Notes: generated by a model not told the origin, from the letters alone. A DNA stretch of 64,000 nt from Seison nebaliae (GCA_023231475.1 JALJEE010001690.1:1-64000); one strand, 5' to 3'; positions 38,761 through 51,100 are shown, counted from the first letter of the stretch. A program made the numbers and translations.

Positions 38761-40108
38761 ATGTTACATAGTGATGATGAAGTTATTTTTGTCTTTAAAC
38801 AAAATTGATATATTTCGCATGTTTTCTAGAGCTACTTAGAATATGAAACAGCTTCATCTACTGCAGGAAGTTTATTGAATGATAATAATTATGAGAATTA
38901 TCAGGACGAAGAATTCAAAGAAATAAATTATATTTCAAACGATCAATTGGATAATAGAGTTGATCAAGATGAAAATAAAATAGAAAATAGTCATTATAAC
39001 TACCAAGATAATGGGAAATCCCAATATGATGAATATAATTATGATATGCATTTAAATCAATTCAAACGTTGGTCAGATTTGGAAGAAGAACTTAATAATG
39101 AAAGGAGAAATCCGTCAGAAGATGCTGATTACGGAAATTTCAACAAAGAAATGAGTAGTAAAATGAATTGTAGTAACTTTAAGAAAGTAGAACATTTGGA
39201 TGACGAAGTGAAGCGTTTCAAAAAAATCTCTATAGATGGAACAGAAGTTGAAGAAGAAGTAGATGAAGTATCATCTTCATTTTCGTCTCCTATCAACACT
39301 CGACCGTTTCATCGAGACAAACCAACTCCAGAACCTAAAAGTAACGGTTGGAAAAATATTTTTCGATCAGTTTTGAAAATTCTAATTGATTTCAGATATA
39401 GACGAAAAGAAATTTAATGAATTTCATAAAACGTTTTATAAGAAGAAAAAGAATGAAGAGAACATTTCACTGGAAGAATTAAAAGTTAAAAATTATTAAT
39501 AAACTATCTATTATTATCTTGGAAACTACAGGAACGATTTGTGAAAAGTAAAGAGTTGAAGGAAGAAGGTAATTTTGAATTTAGTAAAAGTAATTTCAGA
39601 GAAGCAATCATATGTTATACCAGAGCTCTCTATAATTGTCCATCGGAGAAAACCGATTTCATTTCTATTCTCTTGCAAAATCGAGCTACTTGTTTCCTTC
39701 ACCAAAATACTGACGAGCAAGCGATCCAAGATTTAAATACAGCTATTAACTTCAACAAGAGATATGTTAAAGCTTATATGAAACGTGCTAAACTTTTAGA
39801 GAAGTTAAACAAACTAGAAGGTGCTCTTGAAGATTATCAGACAGTGAAGGAAATTGATAAGAATATTCCCGAAGTCTATTATCAGATTATGGTTAGGAGA
39901 TTATGAGAATAAAGAATAAATGTTTCATCTTTTATAGAGATTAGACGAATTGATAAAGACAAATAATGAAAAATTGAAAACTGAAATGTTTGGGAAATTA
40001 AAACTTTTAGCGAATGATTGTTTAGGTCGATTCGGTTTATCAACAGATAATTTTCAATATGAAAAAGATCCACAAACTGGAAATTACAGTATTAATATGC
40101 AACACTAA
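38761..40108 (+). CDS. Tetratricopeptide repeat protein 1-like, paralogue A (long acidic N-terminus); 5 exons
   Basis: Three TPRs (LKEEGNFEF...NRATCFL...YVKAYMKRA) and a TTC1-type C-terminus EMFGKLKLLANDCLGRFGLSTDNFQYEKDPQTGNYSINM. Four GTT introns. Confidence 0.85.
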
Positions 40109-40316
40109 ATTTGGAAGTTGTTCCATCATTGCAATTAATTGAACTAGGAACCATTTTGATCATAATTCAATTTCTATAAAAATTTTTGAAATCAAAACAA
40201 AATAAATTTAAAATTGAAAAGAAAAGAGAATTAGATGAGTAGTAATTTAAAAGTTATTTAATTATAAACATGTAGCTGAAAAGAAATGAAGTGATAATTT
40301 TATTATTATAATCCAA

Positions 40317-41645
40317 ATGTTCTCTATCAGCAAATGTATCGCTAGTCAATTTCTGAATAATAAGATACCTCTTCGATTATTTTCGTTAATTTTCTCTCGT
40401 CTAAAACTTTTTGAAATGATCTTTCCAAAAGTTTAACATCTCAGAATGATCGAAAATACAAAAAACCTTATGAAACAGCTCCAGTACGAAAACGTGGTGG
40501 AGGATATGACCAATTGTTAACTGAAGAGAATCGTTCGTTTTTGAAAAGTTTAAGGAAAGAATCATATAAAGGGCCGCTAAATATTGAACAATGGCCGAAA
40601 TATGAATGGTCTGAAAATCCAATGTTTCATTTAATTTTAAAAGAATTTGAAATTTCTAATCTAAACAGAACAGTTCGTTCGGGAGTAATTGCTATAAAAT
40701 TGGGATCTATTCCTCAATGGCAACCGAATGGAACTCGTGTTTTCTGCACCGTCCTCCAAATTTTAGATAATCATATAATCTCATATACATCTCCCGAACA
40801 AGTCAAAGAACGGAAAGATTTCAAACAAATGAAATTTACAAATGACGGTGAATTTGGAATGCAAGTTGTCGGAGCAATCAGTTCTGATCATCGAATAGTT
40901 TTTTCTAATAATTTTTTATTATTTTACACAATTTTATTTAGTTCACTAAAGATTATTTGAATTTATTTTTAAATGCTGGTGTACCACCTAAACGGATCTT
41001 ATCCAAATTTATCGTCAGTCCACATTCGGCTTTATCACCCGGTAAATTTTATTTCAATTTTCAATTTATAAATTCTTTTCAGGTACAAAATTAACGTCGA
41101 AACATTTCCGTGTTGGGGATTATGTGGATTGTCATTCAAAAACTATTGGATGGGGTTTCGCCGGTGTGATGAAACGATGGGGAATGAAAGGTGGTCCAGC
41201 TTCTCATGGAGCTACAAAATTCCATCGAAGAAGAGGAACAGTGAATAGTGGAAGAAAATTGTCAAGAATCCTTCCAGGAACTAAAATGCCGGGAATGATG
41301 GGCCAATATTTTCGGAAATTGAAAGGACTTCAAGTTTTTATTTTCTTTTTTTTTTAATTTCAAAATTAACATTTTCAGATTTTACGAGTTGATGATGATT
41401 TGAATTTGTTATTCGTCAAAGGAAAAAACATCCCTGGATCGATCCATTCTTATATTCGTGTAACAGATTGTTGTTTTAAGTTTCTTTTAAAATTCGAAAT
41501 ATCAGACATGAAAATTATTTGAAGACATCGAAGGAAAATGTGGAATAAAGAGAATCATCCACCTCATCCAACCGCTAACGAGGATTATGAAAGAATTGAA
41601 GAGAAGAATATTTTACATAAAATGGAAATGAAAAAATTGAAATAA
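40317..41645 (+). CDS. MRPL3: Mitochondrial large-subunit ribosomal protein uL3m; 7 exons
   Basis: [66 protein letters not shown]. Six introns (five GTT, one GTA at 41042-41082). Confidence 0.93.
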
Positions 41646-41674
41646 TATTTTCTTTCTTTCTATAAAATGTAAAT

Positions 41675-42595
41675 TCAATCGTCTTCATTAATCGACAATA
41701 ATTTCTTCTTTTTTGAACTGTTCATATAAGGTCGTAAAGCGAATTCGACTGGAGCTAAATCCAAATTGTCGAGAGTTCCATTTTTTATGCTAAACAATTT
41801 CATATCGAATCGAGGACCAATCTCATTCAATTTAACGTTTTCACTTGAAACAGTTGATGATGTTTCATTTTTCTTCTTATTCATTTCATATTGATGATGA
41901 CGGAAGGCAATGAAATCATTAACATTTAACAAACTGATAACTCGACGACTTTCTGTTTTTGTTCTTCCTTGAGGGAATAAAAATCGTAAAATGTCTCCAA
42001 TTCTTTTCCCCAATTTCGAATTGAGTTCATGAAGAATCAAATGAGGATATTCTTCCGGTGAATGTTTCATTTGCGGTATATCATGTCGGAGGACGACATT
42101 ATGTAATGACAGTTGTGCTGTTGGTCCATAAGGAAGATGACATATTTGTATTGAATTTGGTTCGCCTCTTTTCTCATGTAGAATAATAATATCAGTCATA
42201 TTATTTCTTTTAGAGACACTCATCAATTGAGCGATTTCTGTTGTTCCACGATTAAGTCTGATAGAATTAGGAATTAATAATTTCATTTCCTTTGCGAATT
42301 GTTTTAAACGACTTGATGGATATCTTGATGTTGTTATAACAACACTTGGATCTTCCACACCAGCTAACCGATATTCATCATCTTCACCACTTTTAATTCC
42401 AGTCGCTCCAGAATCATTCCAATCCAATTTGGAACTCAATTCAATCGCTTCATCTCTTAAATGAGCTGGAATTTTTTGATTGTTCAATAAACTTTCTTCA
42501 ACCAATCTCTTCTTTTCTTCTTTCTCTTTCTCTCGTCCATCGATCAATTTTTTATAAATATATTCTCTTCTCAATCGAACGTCTCTACGACTCAT
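41675..42595 (-). CDS. IMP4: U3 snoRNP protein IMP4 (Brix domain), intronless
   Basis: RLRREYIYKK, DDEYRLAGVEDP, ITTSRYPSSRLKQFAKEMKL, CHLPYGPTA, LNEIGPRFDMKL, LRPYMN. Confidence 0.96.
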   Translation of the reverse strand: MSRRDVRLRREYIYKKLIDGREKEKEEKKRLVEESLLNNQKIPAHLRDEAIELSSKLDWNDSGATGIKSGEDDEYRLAGVEDPSVVITTSRYPSSRLKQFAKEMKLLIPNSIRLNRGTTEIAQLMSVSKRNNMTDIIILHEKRGEPNSIQICHLPYGPTAQLSLHNVVLRHDIPQMKHSPEEYPHLILHELNSKLGKRIGDILRFLFPQGRTKTESRRVISLLNVNDFIAFRHHQYEMNKKKNETSSTVSSENVKLNEIGPRFDMKLFSIKNGTLDNLDLAPVEFALRPYMNSSKKKKLLSINEDD

Positions 42596-42833
42596 TTTTA
42601 TTTTACAAACATATATTATCAGCAACGATTTATATCCAGAAACACATGTTTAGAAATAAAATAATTTTTTCTTTAAATTAATCAAGCTTAGTTTTTCAGT
42701 TTAAAATTTAGAAAACAAATAATTTTTTATCAATTATATAATTTAAATTTCAAGCTGTTAAAAGTTACAAATTGTTTAGAAGTTGAATATATAGGAAATA
42801 TTTTAATATATTATAATTATTCATCTGATAATA

Positions 42834-43747
42834 ATGAATAATACGAAAGAAAATGATTCAGATGTTAATATTATTATGGAATTTTAAATTACATTAAATT
42901 TTTTCAGACAAGTTCTACTGATTATGATACAGCGTCATCGAACGGAGGAGATGTTGGAGAAAGAATGGGAGACACCGATTTACCAAATATGGAAAAATGT
43001 TTATAATATAATTTTCATGTTGGGAAGTAATTGATTTGACAGTAAATTTAAGTGAGTATTATATCGATTTTGATAAGAAGAAAGAAGTCGAATCAAAATT
43101 AACAGAAGAAGAATTAGAAGTTTCTTCCTCTTAATTTACTCACAAAGAAAATCATTTTAAAGTTTTATTTTAGAAAAATAAGAAATTGGCAGTTGAAATG
43201 AAAGAAGAAGGAAATTCACAATTCGTTCAAGGTAATTTGAATGGAGCGGAAGTGAATTATTCTTATGGACTCGATATCTGTCCATCAACTGATAAGAAGA
43301 TGATTTCTATTTTATTCCAAAATCGAGCAGCATGTTTCTTACGAGAAAAGAAGAAACAAGAAGCTCTTGAAGATCTCAATGCTTCCATTCAATTCAATGA
43401 AAATTACATTAAAGCTTATTTGAAACGTGCGAAATTGTTAGAGGAAATGGGCAAATTAGACGAGGCATTGGCCGATTATAAAACTGTTAATGAAAAAGAT
43501 AAAAATGTCCGAGAATGTTATGTTGAAATGATGGTTCGAATTTCTTTTTCCGAATTATGAATTGGTTTTCTTTCAGAGATTAGAAGAATTGATAAGAACA
43601 AGAAATGAAAAGATGAAGGAAGAAATGATGGGAAAATTGAAAGATTTGGCGAATACTTGCTTAAAACCTTTTGGTCTATCTACGAATAATTTCCAAGTTC
43701 AACAAGATCCTTCCAGTGGCAGTTATAGTATAAATATGAAGAAATGA
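42834..43747 (+). CDS. TTC1: Tetratricopeptide repeat protein 1, paralogue B; 5 exons
   Basis: MKEEGNSQF...NRAACFL...YIKAYLKRA TPRs and [41 protein letters not shown]-terminus. Four GTT introns. Confidence 0.9.
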
Positions 43748-43799
43748 AAAGAATTTATAATTTTACTTTTCTCTCATTTGTTTTCTCATTTAAAATAAA

Positions 43800-45233
43800 A
43801 TGGAATTTTCTTTGATTTCATTATCATTCATTCTACTCTTCTATGTTCGTTGTCAGAGTGATGATAAGGATTTCCCCGGATCATTTACTCGAGAGGAAAT
43901 TGAAGATATTAAAGAATCGATTGATCATGACTCGAGTGATGAGACGGAAGTAATTAGTTTTGATAAATTCAAATGGGATTGTGGTGGTGGGAAATCGGAG
44001 GAATTATTGCAAATTATCGAAATTATGGCAACTATCATTCCTGAAACAATGATGACTCCAATTCCTGTCATATGGACAAAAATAACAAAAGAAGAAAGAA
44101 AATTAATTTCAGAAAGTGAACCAGGAACTATTAGAATCTTATCTAAAATGAACAACTTCTTTCGATATTTAAAAAATTATATGGAACGTCTTTTCCATAA
44201 AGCACAATTCCATATGGATACTACTCAATTAAATGACGATTATCATAGAGTGGCTAAATATATAACTTTCGTTTGCATCCCAGATAAAGCTTTATTTATT
44301 CTCGATCATTTATTTAATAATTTGATGATGATTTGTCGTATAGCAGCGACAGATGGTCGTAAAGAAATCAGCAAAGGATTTTTTAATGTACAAACTGATA
44401 GTGAATGTGATACAAGTGAAATATTCCAATATCTACGTATAGTTCGTGCAGGACAATTATTGTCAGAAGAAAAATTGAAAATCGACCAGATTATTCAGTC
44501 ACCAACATTTCGAACTATATCAGATCGTTGGATAAATTATAGCAAAAATTCAGGTAAATTACGTCCTATGATTTGCGACATAGCAGATCAGAGATATCAT
44601 CGAGTACAACAAGCTATGTGTTATACTCTTCATTATTTGCAGAATGTAATATTCAGTTTTGACGCTCATATAACTAATCACCAGAAACAATTAAAAAGAC
44701 TTTTTAAAGACACTTCTCGCATGTTCGTCATTCTAGCTAAATATTGGCCAGGAAATCCTGAAATGGAATTATCATCTAACGGTGATTTCATTCAATTAGA
44801 TGCTGTGCATGTCATTCAACTTATTCGTTCATTAGTAAACCAAATTGATAAGTTAACAAATGAAATAAGAAATAGTGATCGACTTGTCATTCCACAAATA
44901 ATTAAAAAACAATTATTGAATCTCATTGAATTCGGAGAAAAAAAACTGGAAATTTGTCGAGCTTCTGTTGAATGGAAAACTTCCTCAAAAAAATTACCGT
45001 CACATGCAAGTCGAGCTTATGCTCGTTATGTTAAAGCAAAATGGAGAACGTTTTATAGGTCAGGTCAGAAAGGTCCGGGTTGGCAACGGAGAATGAAGAC
45101 GAAATACAAAAATATAATGGCAGTTATGCGCAAAACGTTCACCGTTTCTCTGGCCTCATTCAAACAACGTTTCACTGATAAGGGACATAAATGTTCATCA
45201 GTTAAATATAATTATCTTTCTTTAGAATATTGA
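43800..45233 (+). CDS. Uncharacterised secreted protein, 477 aa, intronless
   Basis: Long open frame, signal-peptide-like N-terminus (MEFSLISLSFILLFYVRC), acidic start and very basic C-terminal ~90 aa. No family recognised. Confidence 0.75.
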   Translation: MEFSLISLSFILLFYVRCQSDDKDFPGSFTREEIEDIKESIDHDSSDETEVISFDKFKWDCGGGKSEELLQIIEIMATIIPETMMTPIPVIWTKITKEERKLISESEPGTIRILSKMNNFFRYLKNYMERLFHKAQFHMDTTQLNDDYHRVAKYITFVCIPDKALFILDHLFNNLMMICRIAATDGRKEISKGFFNVQTDSECDTSEIFQYLRIVRAGQLLSEEKLKIDQIIQSPTFRTISDRWINYSKNSGKLRPMICDIADQRYHRVQQAMCYTLHYLQNVIFSFDAHITNHQKQLKRLFKDTSRMFVILAKYWPGNPEMELSSNGDFIQLDAVHVIQLIRSLVNQIDKLTNEIRNSDRLVIPQIIKKQLLNLIEFGEKKLEICRASVEWKTSSKKLPSHASRAYARYVKAKWRTFYRSGQKGPGWQRRMKTKYKNIMAVMRKTFTVSLASFKQRFTDKGHKCSSVKYNYLSLEY

Positions 45234-45334
45234 TATTCAATAGTTGAATATTATCTCAGTTTTCAATACATTTATTTCCTATTAAATATTATATAAATAA
45301 TAAAAATTTCTTTTCTTTTTTCAACAACTTCAAG

Positions 45335-46612
45335 GGTTGGAGGACAGTTCTACTTCTTTTGAGTTGCTATCCAAAAAGGACTATTCTACTGCTTTTTTAA
45401 AACGCCTTTGAAAAGTTCTACTCTTTCTTTTTCAATTTGTTGCACACTTACTCCTCCTTTTTAAGAAATGAGGAATAGTCATACTTCCCTTTTCCTTGCT
45501 TTTAGATAGTTCTACTTCTGATAGATATATTCTCATTTATAAGATAGGTCATTTCTATTTCTTTTTACTGAAAATATGGACAGTTCTGCACCTAATTTCG
45601 AATTTTTATGCTCATTTTTAGGCCTTTCTCTCAAGAGATTTTTAAGGTTGCCGGACTGTTCTACTCCTTTTGGTTTTTGCTTCAAAAAAGGACAGTTCTA
45701 CTTCTTGTGGTTTTTTCAGAACGTACAGTTCTACTCCTTTTTGGACAATTACGGACACTTCTACCACTTTTTTCTCTAATATAGGACACTTCTACGCCTT
45801 TTTCTTACAAATTAGGACAGTTCTACACCTTTTAATAACGTAATTAGTGTTTCCAAAATTTTTCGGAGGAAGCAAAAACAGTAAATGATTATTTCGAGGA
45901 GAATTATATGCACCATAATTCAAAATTTCCACCTAAGTTGTGCAATAATTATAATTGAACAATTAAGAACCTTCCGCGAACCAGTAATTTGGTTGAAGGT
46001 AAAAATAACGGAGTAAAAGGTTCTGTAGAAGGTTCTTAACCGCTCAATTATAATTATTCCGCAACTTAAGTGGAAATTTTGAATTATGGTGCATATAATT
46101 CTCCTCGAAATAATCATAAACTGTTTTTGCTTCCTCCGATATTTCATTTCTTATATAATAAAATGCATATTCTACATATTGAAGCGGAACGAATGATAAG
46201 TATAAGGTATTTCGCGTTTAAAATGTTTGTTAGAATAATATCGTTCACGATAATCGACGCTACTCACTTTTCTGATCATACTTTGGCAGAGGTGAGAAAA
46301 TACGTTATTAATTAATACGTTACAAATTATCCGTGATTCATTTTTTACACAGATACAATCGCATTCTTGGAATTTTGGAGCCAGTTGTAAAGTAAGTTCA
46401 TAATTTCGTATAATTTTTTTTCTTAATAGGACGAAAGAAATTTATTTTATTTAATCGTAATGAAAATAATGAAAAAAAATCGATTAAAGAAAAGGTAAAT
46501 TTAAAAAATTATGTAAAAATCATCAGTCTTAAACGAAAACCAGTTTTAAAAAAGAAGTAGAACTGTCGTTTTTTGCATAGCAACTCAAAAGGAGTAGAAC
46601 TATACGACTACC
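45335..46612. mobile_element. Non-autonomous TIR DNA transposon (GG..CC termini, 8-bp TSD; Merlin- or Mutator-like)
   Basis: Direct repeat ACTTCAAG at 45327-45334 and 46613-46620. Imperfect ~70-bp terminal inverted repeats sharing AGTTCTACT(C/T)CTTTT..GAGTTGCTAT.CAAAAA. About a dozen degenerate GGACAGTTCTACTCCTTTT copies at 45342-45835. No transposase ORF. Confidence 0.85.
45863..46139. repeat. Long inverted repeat (fold-back/MITE-like), 112-bp arms
   Basis: 45863-45974 is the reverse complement of 46028-46139 with about 8 mismatches by manual count; 53-nt spacer. Confidence 0.92.
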
Positions 46613-46831
46613 ACTTCAAGAATCAGATTAATCGATTTATCAAATCAAAGTAACATTTTTTGAATATACTTAAAAATTAAAAATTTGGTTTTACAGTCTT
46701 TATAAGTTTATCTATTCTGATAATTTATAACGAGTTAGAAAATAAACTAAATTTCGAAATTATAAGAAGTTTAAAATTAAAGCTTATCATCATATTATAT
46801 CATCGTATTCTTTTGGCGTGGAAATAGTAAA

Positions 46832-48127
46832 ATGCCTAAACGAAAACGAATTGCTACACAATCTTCTGCTAATTCGAATGATATGAAGAGTGTCACAGTT
46901 ATTCCCAAGATGAACATTCCGAAGCAAAATCAGTCGAAACAGAAGAAGAAGAAAGTGCCGACGGTGCAACAAGTACAAGAAGGAGAGGAGAAGAAGGCGA
47001 CGAAAAGAAATAGACAAAAGTTGAAGAAAACAGCTAAAAACATGCAATTAATGAAGAATTTCCATCATATAAATGATGAGAAAAGTTTATCTTCAGAATT
47101 CCATCAAATACTCTCCAAAATGACACCACCAACACAATTGGAATTGAATGATATTACGGAACATTTACTTTCCATTTGGCGGAATGGACAAATGGATGAG
47201 AAGAATTTTGAGAAACGAATGAAGATATTCACTTTATTAAGTGGAATTATTGAACATACATTTCCCGCTGGTGCTTTGTATATAACAGGATCGTCGTTAA
47301 ACGGAATGGGATATAATGAATCTGATTTAGATTTGGTTTTCGTTCCGACCCAAAAACAATTGTCGATGACTGAACAGAATTTTCTCTTATTCAATTGTGT
47401 GAGAAGAATGTTGAGGGATTTGGGTGAGTTTAATCGCATAATTTCTATTCGGGCTCGAGTTCCTATTCTGAAATTTCAACATAAAAACCTCATCGAAGGC
47501 GACATTAATTTGAATCATATAAATTCAATTTATAATACTATACTTATCCGTTTATATGGTTTATGTGATGAACGATTTATTCAATTAGCGTTCCTCGTAA
47601 AGAAATGGGCAAGGAAACACAACATCAATGATGGATCGAAACATACGATCGCTTCATATTCTCTTTATATGATGGTCATTCATTATCTTCAATATCGTCT
47701 ACCTCAACCGATATTGCCTTGTCTTCATAAAATCATTCCAGATTGTTGTTCCATGAAAATTCCGTTGAATGATTTGACAATGAAATCAATCCTTCCACCA
47801 ATACCAAAATCACCAAACACATCAGATATCAGTTCGTTATTCATCGGATTCCTCAAATATTATGCACTCGAATTCGAATATTCGACAAACGTCATTTCTG
47901 TGAGAACCGGTGGCGTTCTGCCAAAATCACAATTCGTCAATTCAACTAACTCGCTAGATAAACGGAATTGGAAAGAATGGAAATTCTTATGTATCGAAGA
48001 TCCGATCGATGGAAATAATACGTCAAGGTCGGTGAGTCAAGTGGAAGAGTTTTTACAGATTATCTCCGTTTTTCGAAGATCTTTCTTCTCAATTATCGAA
48101 CATAAAAATTTAGATGAAATTTTTTGA
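46832..48127 (+). CDS. Non-canonical poly(A) polymerase / terminal nucleotidyltransferase, GLD-2 (TENT2/PAPD4)-like, intronless
   Basis: Pol-beta NTase motif GSSLNGMGYNESDLDL, ARVPILKF, GDINLN, VKKWARKHNIND, SYSLYMMVIHYLQ, and PAP-associated LCIEDP. No zinc knuckles, unlike TUT4/7. Confidence 0.88.
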   Translation: MPKRKRIATQSSANSNDMKSVTVIPKMNIPKQNQSKQKKKKVPTVQQVQEGEEKKATKRNRQKLKKTAKNMQLMKNFHHINDEKSLSSEFHQILSKMTPPTQLELNDITEHLLSIWRNGQMDEKNFEKRMKIFTLLSGIIEHTFPAGALYITGSSLNGMGYNESDLDLVFVPTQKQLSMTEQNFLLFNCVRRMLRDLGEFNRIISIRARVPILKFQHKNLIEGDINLNHINSIYNTILIRLYGLCDERFIQLAFLVKKWARKHNINDGSKHTIASYSLYMMVIHYLQYRLPQPILPCLHKIIPDCCSMKIPLNDLTMKSILPPIPKSPNTSDISSLFIGFLKYYALEFEYSTNVISVRTGGVLPKSQFVNSTNSLDKRNWKEWKFLCIEDPIDGNNTSRSVSQVEEFLQIISVFRRSFFSIIEHKNLDEIF

Positions 48128-51100
48128 AATAAAAATCTCTTTGAATAATTTCTGGTATTATTTTCTCGTCATATCTAACTGTCGAGTAGATGGAGAGAAT
48201 TATTGATTTAACCGATATATTGATGAGAAAAGTTTATATGAAATCGATCAGATGATGAAACTCTCATATGAATTCTGTGTAAATAAAAAGATAATTGTTT
48301 TTTTTTGGTTTAGATTTTTCCGATCAAACATCCATCATTTTCAAATTTCAAAGATTTTTCATTCGTTTTTGTTTTGAAGAAATTTTCTTTGAAAATATTT
48401 TCAAACATTTTTCTTTAATTAAAATTATTTCTTGTAATTGTTTCAATAAGTAAATTATTTCGGAAGAAATTTCCTTAAAATATTTGCCCGAAAACACAAT
48501 AAGATTAACATTCTTTCCGATTAAAGTGGAGGGAGTTCACATGATATCGAATGAAGTAGTCTATTCTTAATCAATCAACCAACTAACAAATGCCTTCTAG
48601 CGACGCATTAGCTATTAGAGAATTGTTGATTGATTTCGCTTTCACCTACGAGAAGTGGATTGTGATAATTATATTTAGTTAATACTTCCAATGAATGAGA
48701 TGTTGTTGGTACATGTACCATCACAACCACCATTCATATAAGAAGGTGCCCAACATAATTGATTATTTCCATATTAGACGAACGAAAGAAAAATAATTAA
48801 TCTTTTCCAGATCAATTGCCAAGTGTGAGTTGTTGAATAGATGAATTATGAGTGAGATTGAGTTTATTATAAAAAATAAAAATAAAAATAAATAGATTAA
48901 TATATGAAGAATAGACGAATTGATAGATTTCATCATTCGAAACAGCTGCGAATGTATATTGATTAGAAGAAGCACGTGAGGTTATTTGAAGTAGGAGATA
49001 AAGGACATAGAATAAATAAGAATAAGTGATTTGTGGTAGATGCAAATGCAAATGTTTTCTCAATTATTTCTGTCTACAAAATGCACAAAATCTTCTTACC
49101 TTCTTCAAAATCATTATTCTACTTATTTTCTCTATTCCATTTCGTTTCGTCTAATAATCAGACAATAAGTGATAGAATATCGGATAATGGTAACGAAACC
49201 ATAAAACCAATTTAACGCCTTGCTTATCCTACCACAATCATCATCTTCGTTCTGGTTAATTCATTTCACACCATTTATATTCATCACATAATTAATCATT
49301 CGCTTATCATTCTATCTCATCTATAAACTTTCGATGGTGAACACTCTCCAATTTCTCCCTATTTATAGAACGAGTTAACATCGAAACACCGTTCGAGATT
49401 CCTCATTTTCAAAAGAAAATTTCATAACTTTCTCTATTGACCATCTTCCTCAAACTGTCTGAATAATGGAAATGGTTATGTCAGATATAATTCAGACGGA
49501 ATAATTAGAAAACAAATTTAGTTTCTTTTCAAATGCAAATTATTATTTGAAAGATAAAATATGATATTATTAATATGTTTCACGAATTCTTTATTTAGAA
49601 GAAGATTCGAACTTCGAAGGCTGAACTTGTTTTCATATGTTTGTTTCAGTTTCAGAATAATGGTGAAACAATTAAAGGAAATGGATTAGTCACCCAACGG
49701 ATTAAGATATCATTTCCAATATTATTGTTTGTCTTCTCTTTTTCATTAATTTTCCTTCGATATTAATAAATGTAAATATTTGGTCAATCTAATCGATCAG
49801 AACTAGAAGTTGTTTATTCTACTCCTCTCATTTCATCTTAACACATTTAATACCCATTCCAAGATATAACCACTTCAATCAAAATCGCCATCGTCGGAAA
49901 ATTTCCCTTTTCACATCTTTTTGCATTTTCTTTCTCTTGATGTAGTTGGTCGGCGAAAGGAATTGGAATGAATCTTACAGTTATGTTAGAAGCGTAAATG
50001 TCGGAACTTTCCGACTCCATCCACACATGCAACGATATATGTACAATCATTATTTTATACTCTTCTCCTCTCCCGCAGTCATTCGACGGAGAACTCTGAA
50101 ACAGTATCTCGGCTCATCGGTTACTTTATAGTAATATCGCTTCAAAGAATCGCTACAAATGATCTTGATTATTTCAATAGAAAAAAAGGAGAACAACAAA
50201 ATTTCCATTATCAAATATTTTATAAATAATGGATCTTTTTTTTACTATAAAACTTACATTGTATTAAAATTTTCATTTTTTTCTTTTAACAAACAGTTCC
50301 TCAAACTTTTTGCTTTCCTTATTCTCTCCCAAATAGAACTGACTGTTCAATTCTGACATAAGAGCCGAACATTTTCCTTCTCTGCTAACAACAGAAATCG
50401 TATTTGAATGAAGAAATATCATTTCCATATGATAATTGATAAGAAGTAATTTAAATATATCTTCATATTTATTCTCTCACTTAAGTGTGACAGTTGTTTG
50501 TGGTGTTCTATGCGTCCTCAAAGTATAGGAAGAGTTTTACGATATCGTGCTATAACACTACAACTCTCTTTTATTAATTGCACTTTTTTTTAATGACATT
50601 CAATGCCTATCACGAACAAATAAGAAAATTATAATAAACGACCAAAATCATCTTATCACGTATGTGAGAGAAAACATTTCTTCTTCCACCATCACCTCCT
50701 AACTACTACTCTCGCTAATCATATGAATATGATAATTATTAATTTATGTGTAGCTTTTGTTCATCGAATACAATGAATGTGTGTTACTCTATTTCCGTTC
50801 AAACTGTTCTCGATCACTATTTACTTTATTTATAACAGTATGCGGTTACAATGACGAATGATTAATTATCAAATAATTACTAGTGAAAAGAGAAAGACGA
50901 CCATATGAATAGTAGTACTCTTCTCTCGATAGTCTGTATAATTTTATCAATAAACATTTATTATCCTAAGATATATGGTCGTAGTTTTTGAATGGCGGAG
51001 TGTTGGAGATGTACATTAATTTTCTCTTTATTATACATTTTTTTCTTTTCGTCGAAAAAAACTACAATCTATTATTATTCCTCTTTTAACCATTATACAA

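Noticed and set aside
45342..45835. Regularly spaced repeats with unique spacers resembling a CRISPR array
   Set aside because: Units are short and degenerate, recur inverted at the far end of a TSD-bounded element, and sit in a eukaryotic locus with no cas genes; they are transposon subterminal repeats.
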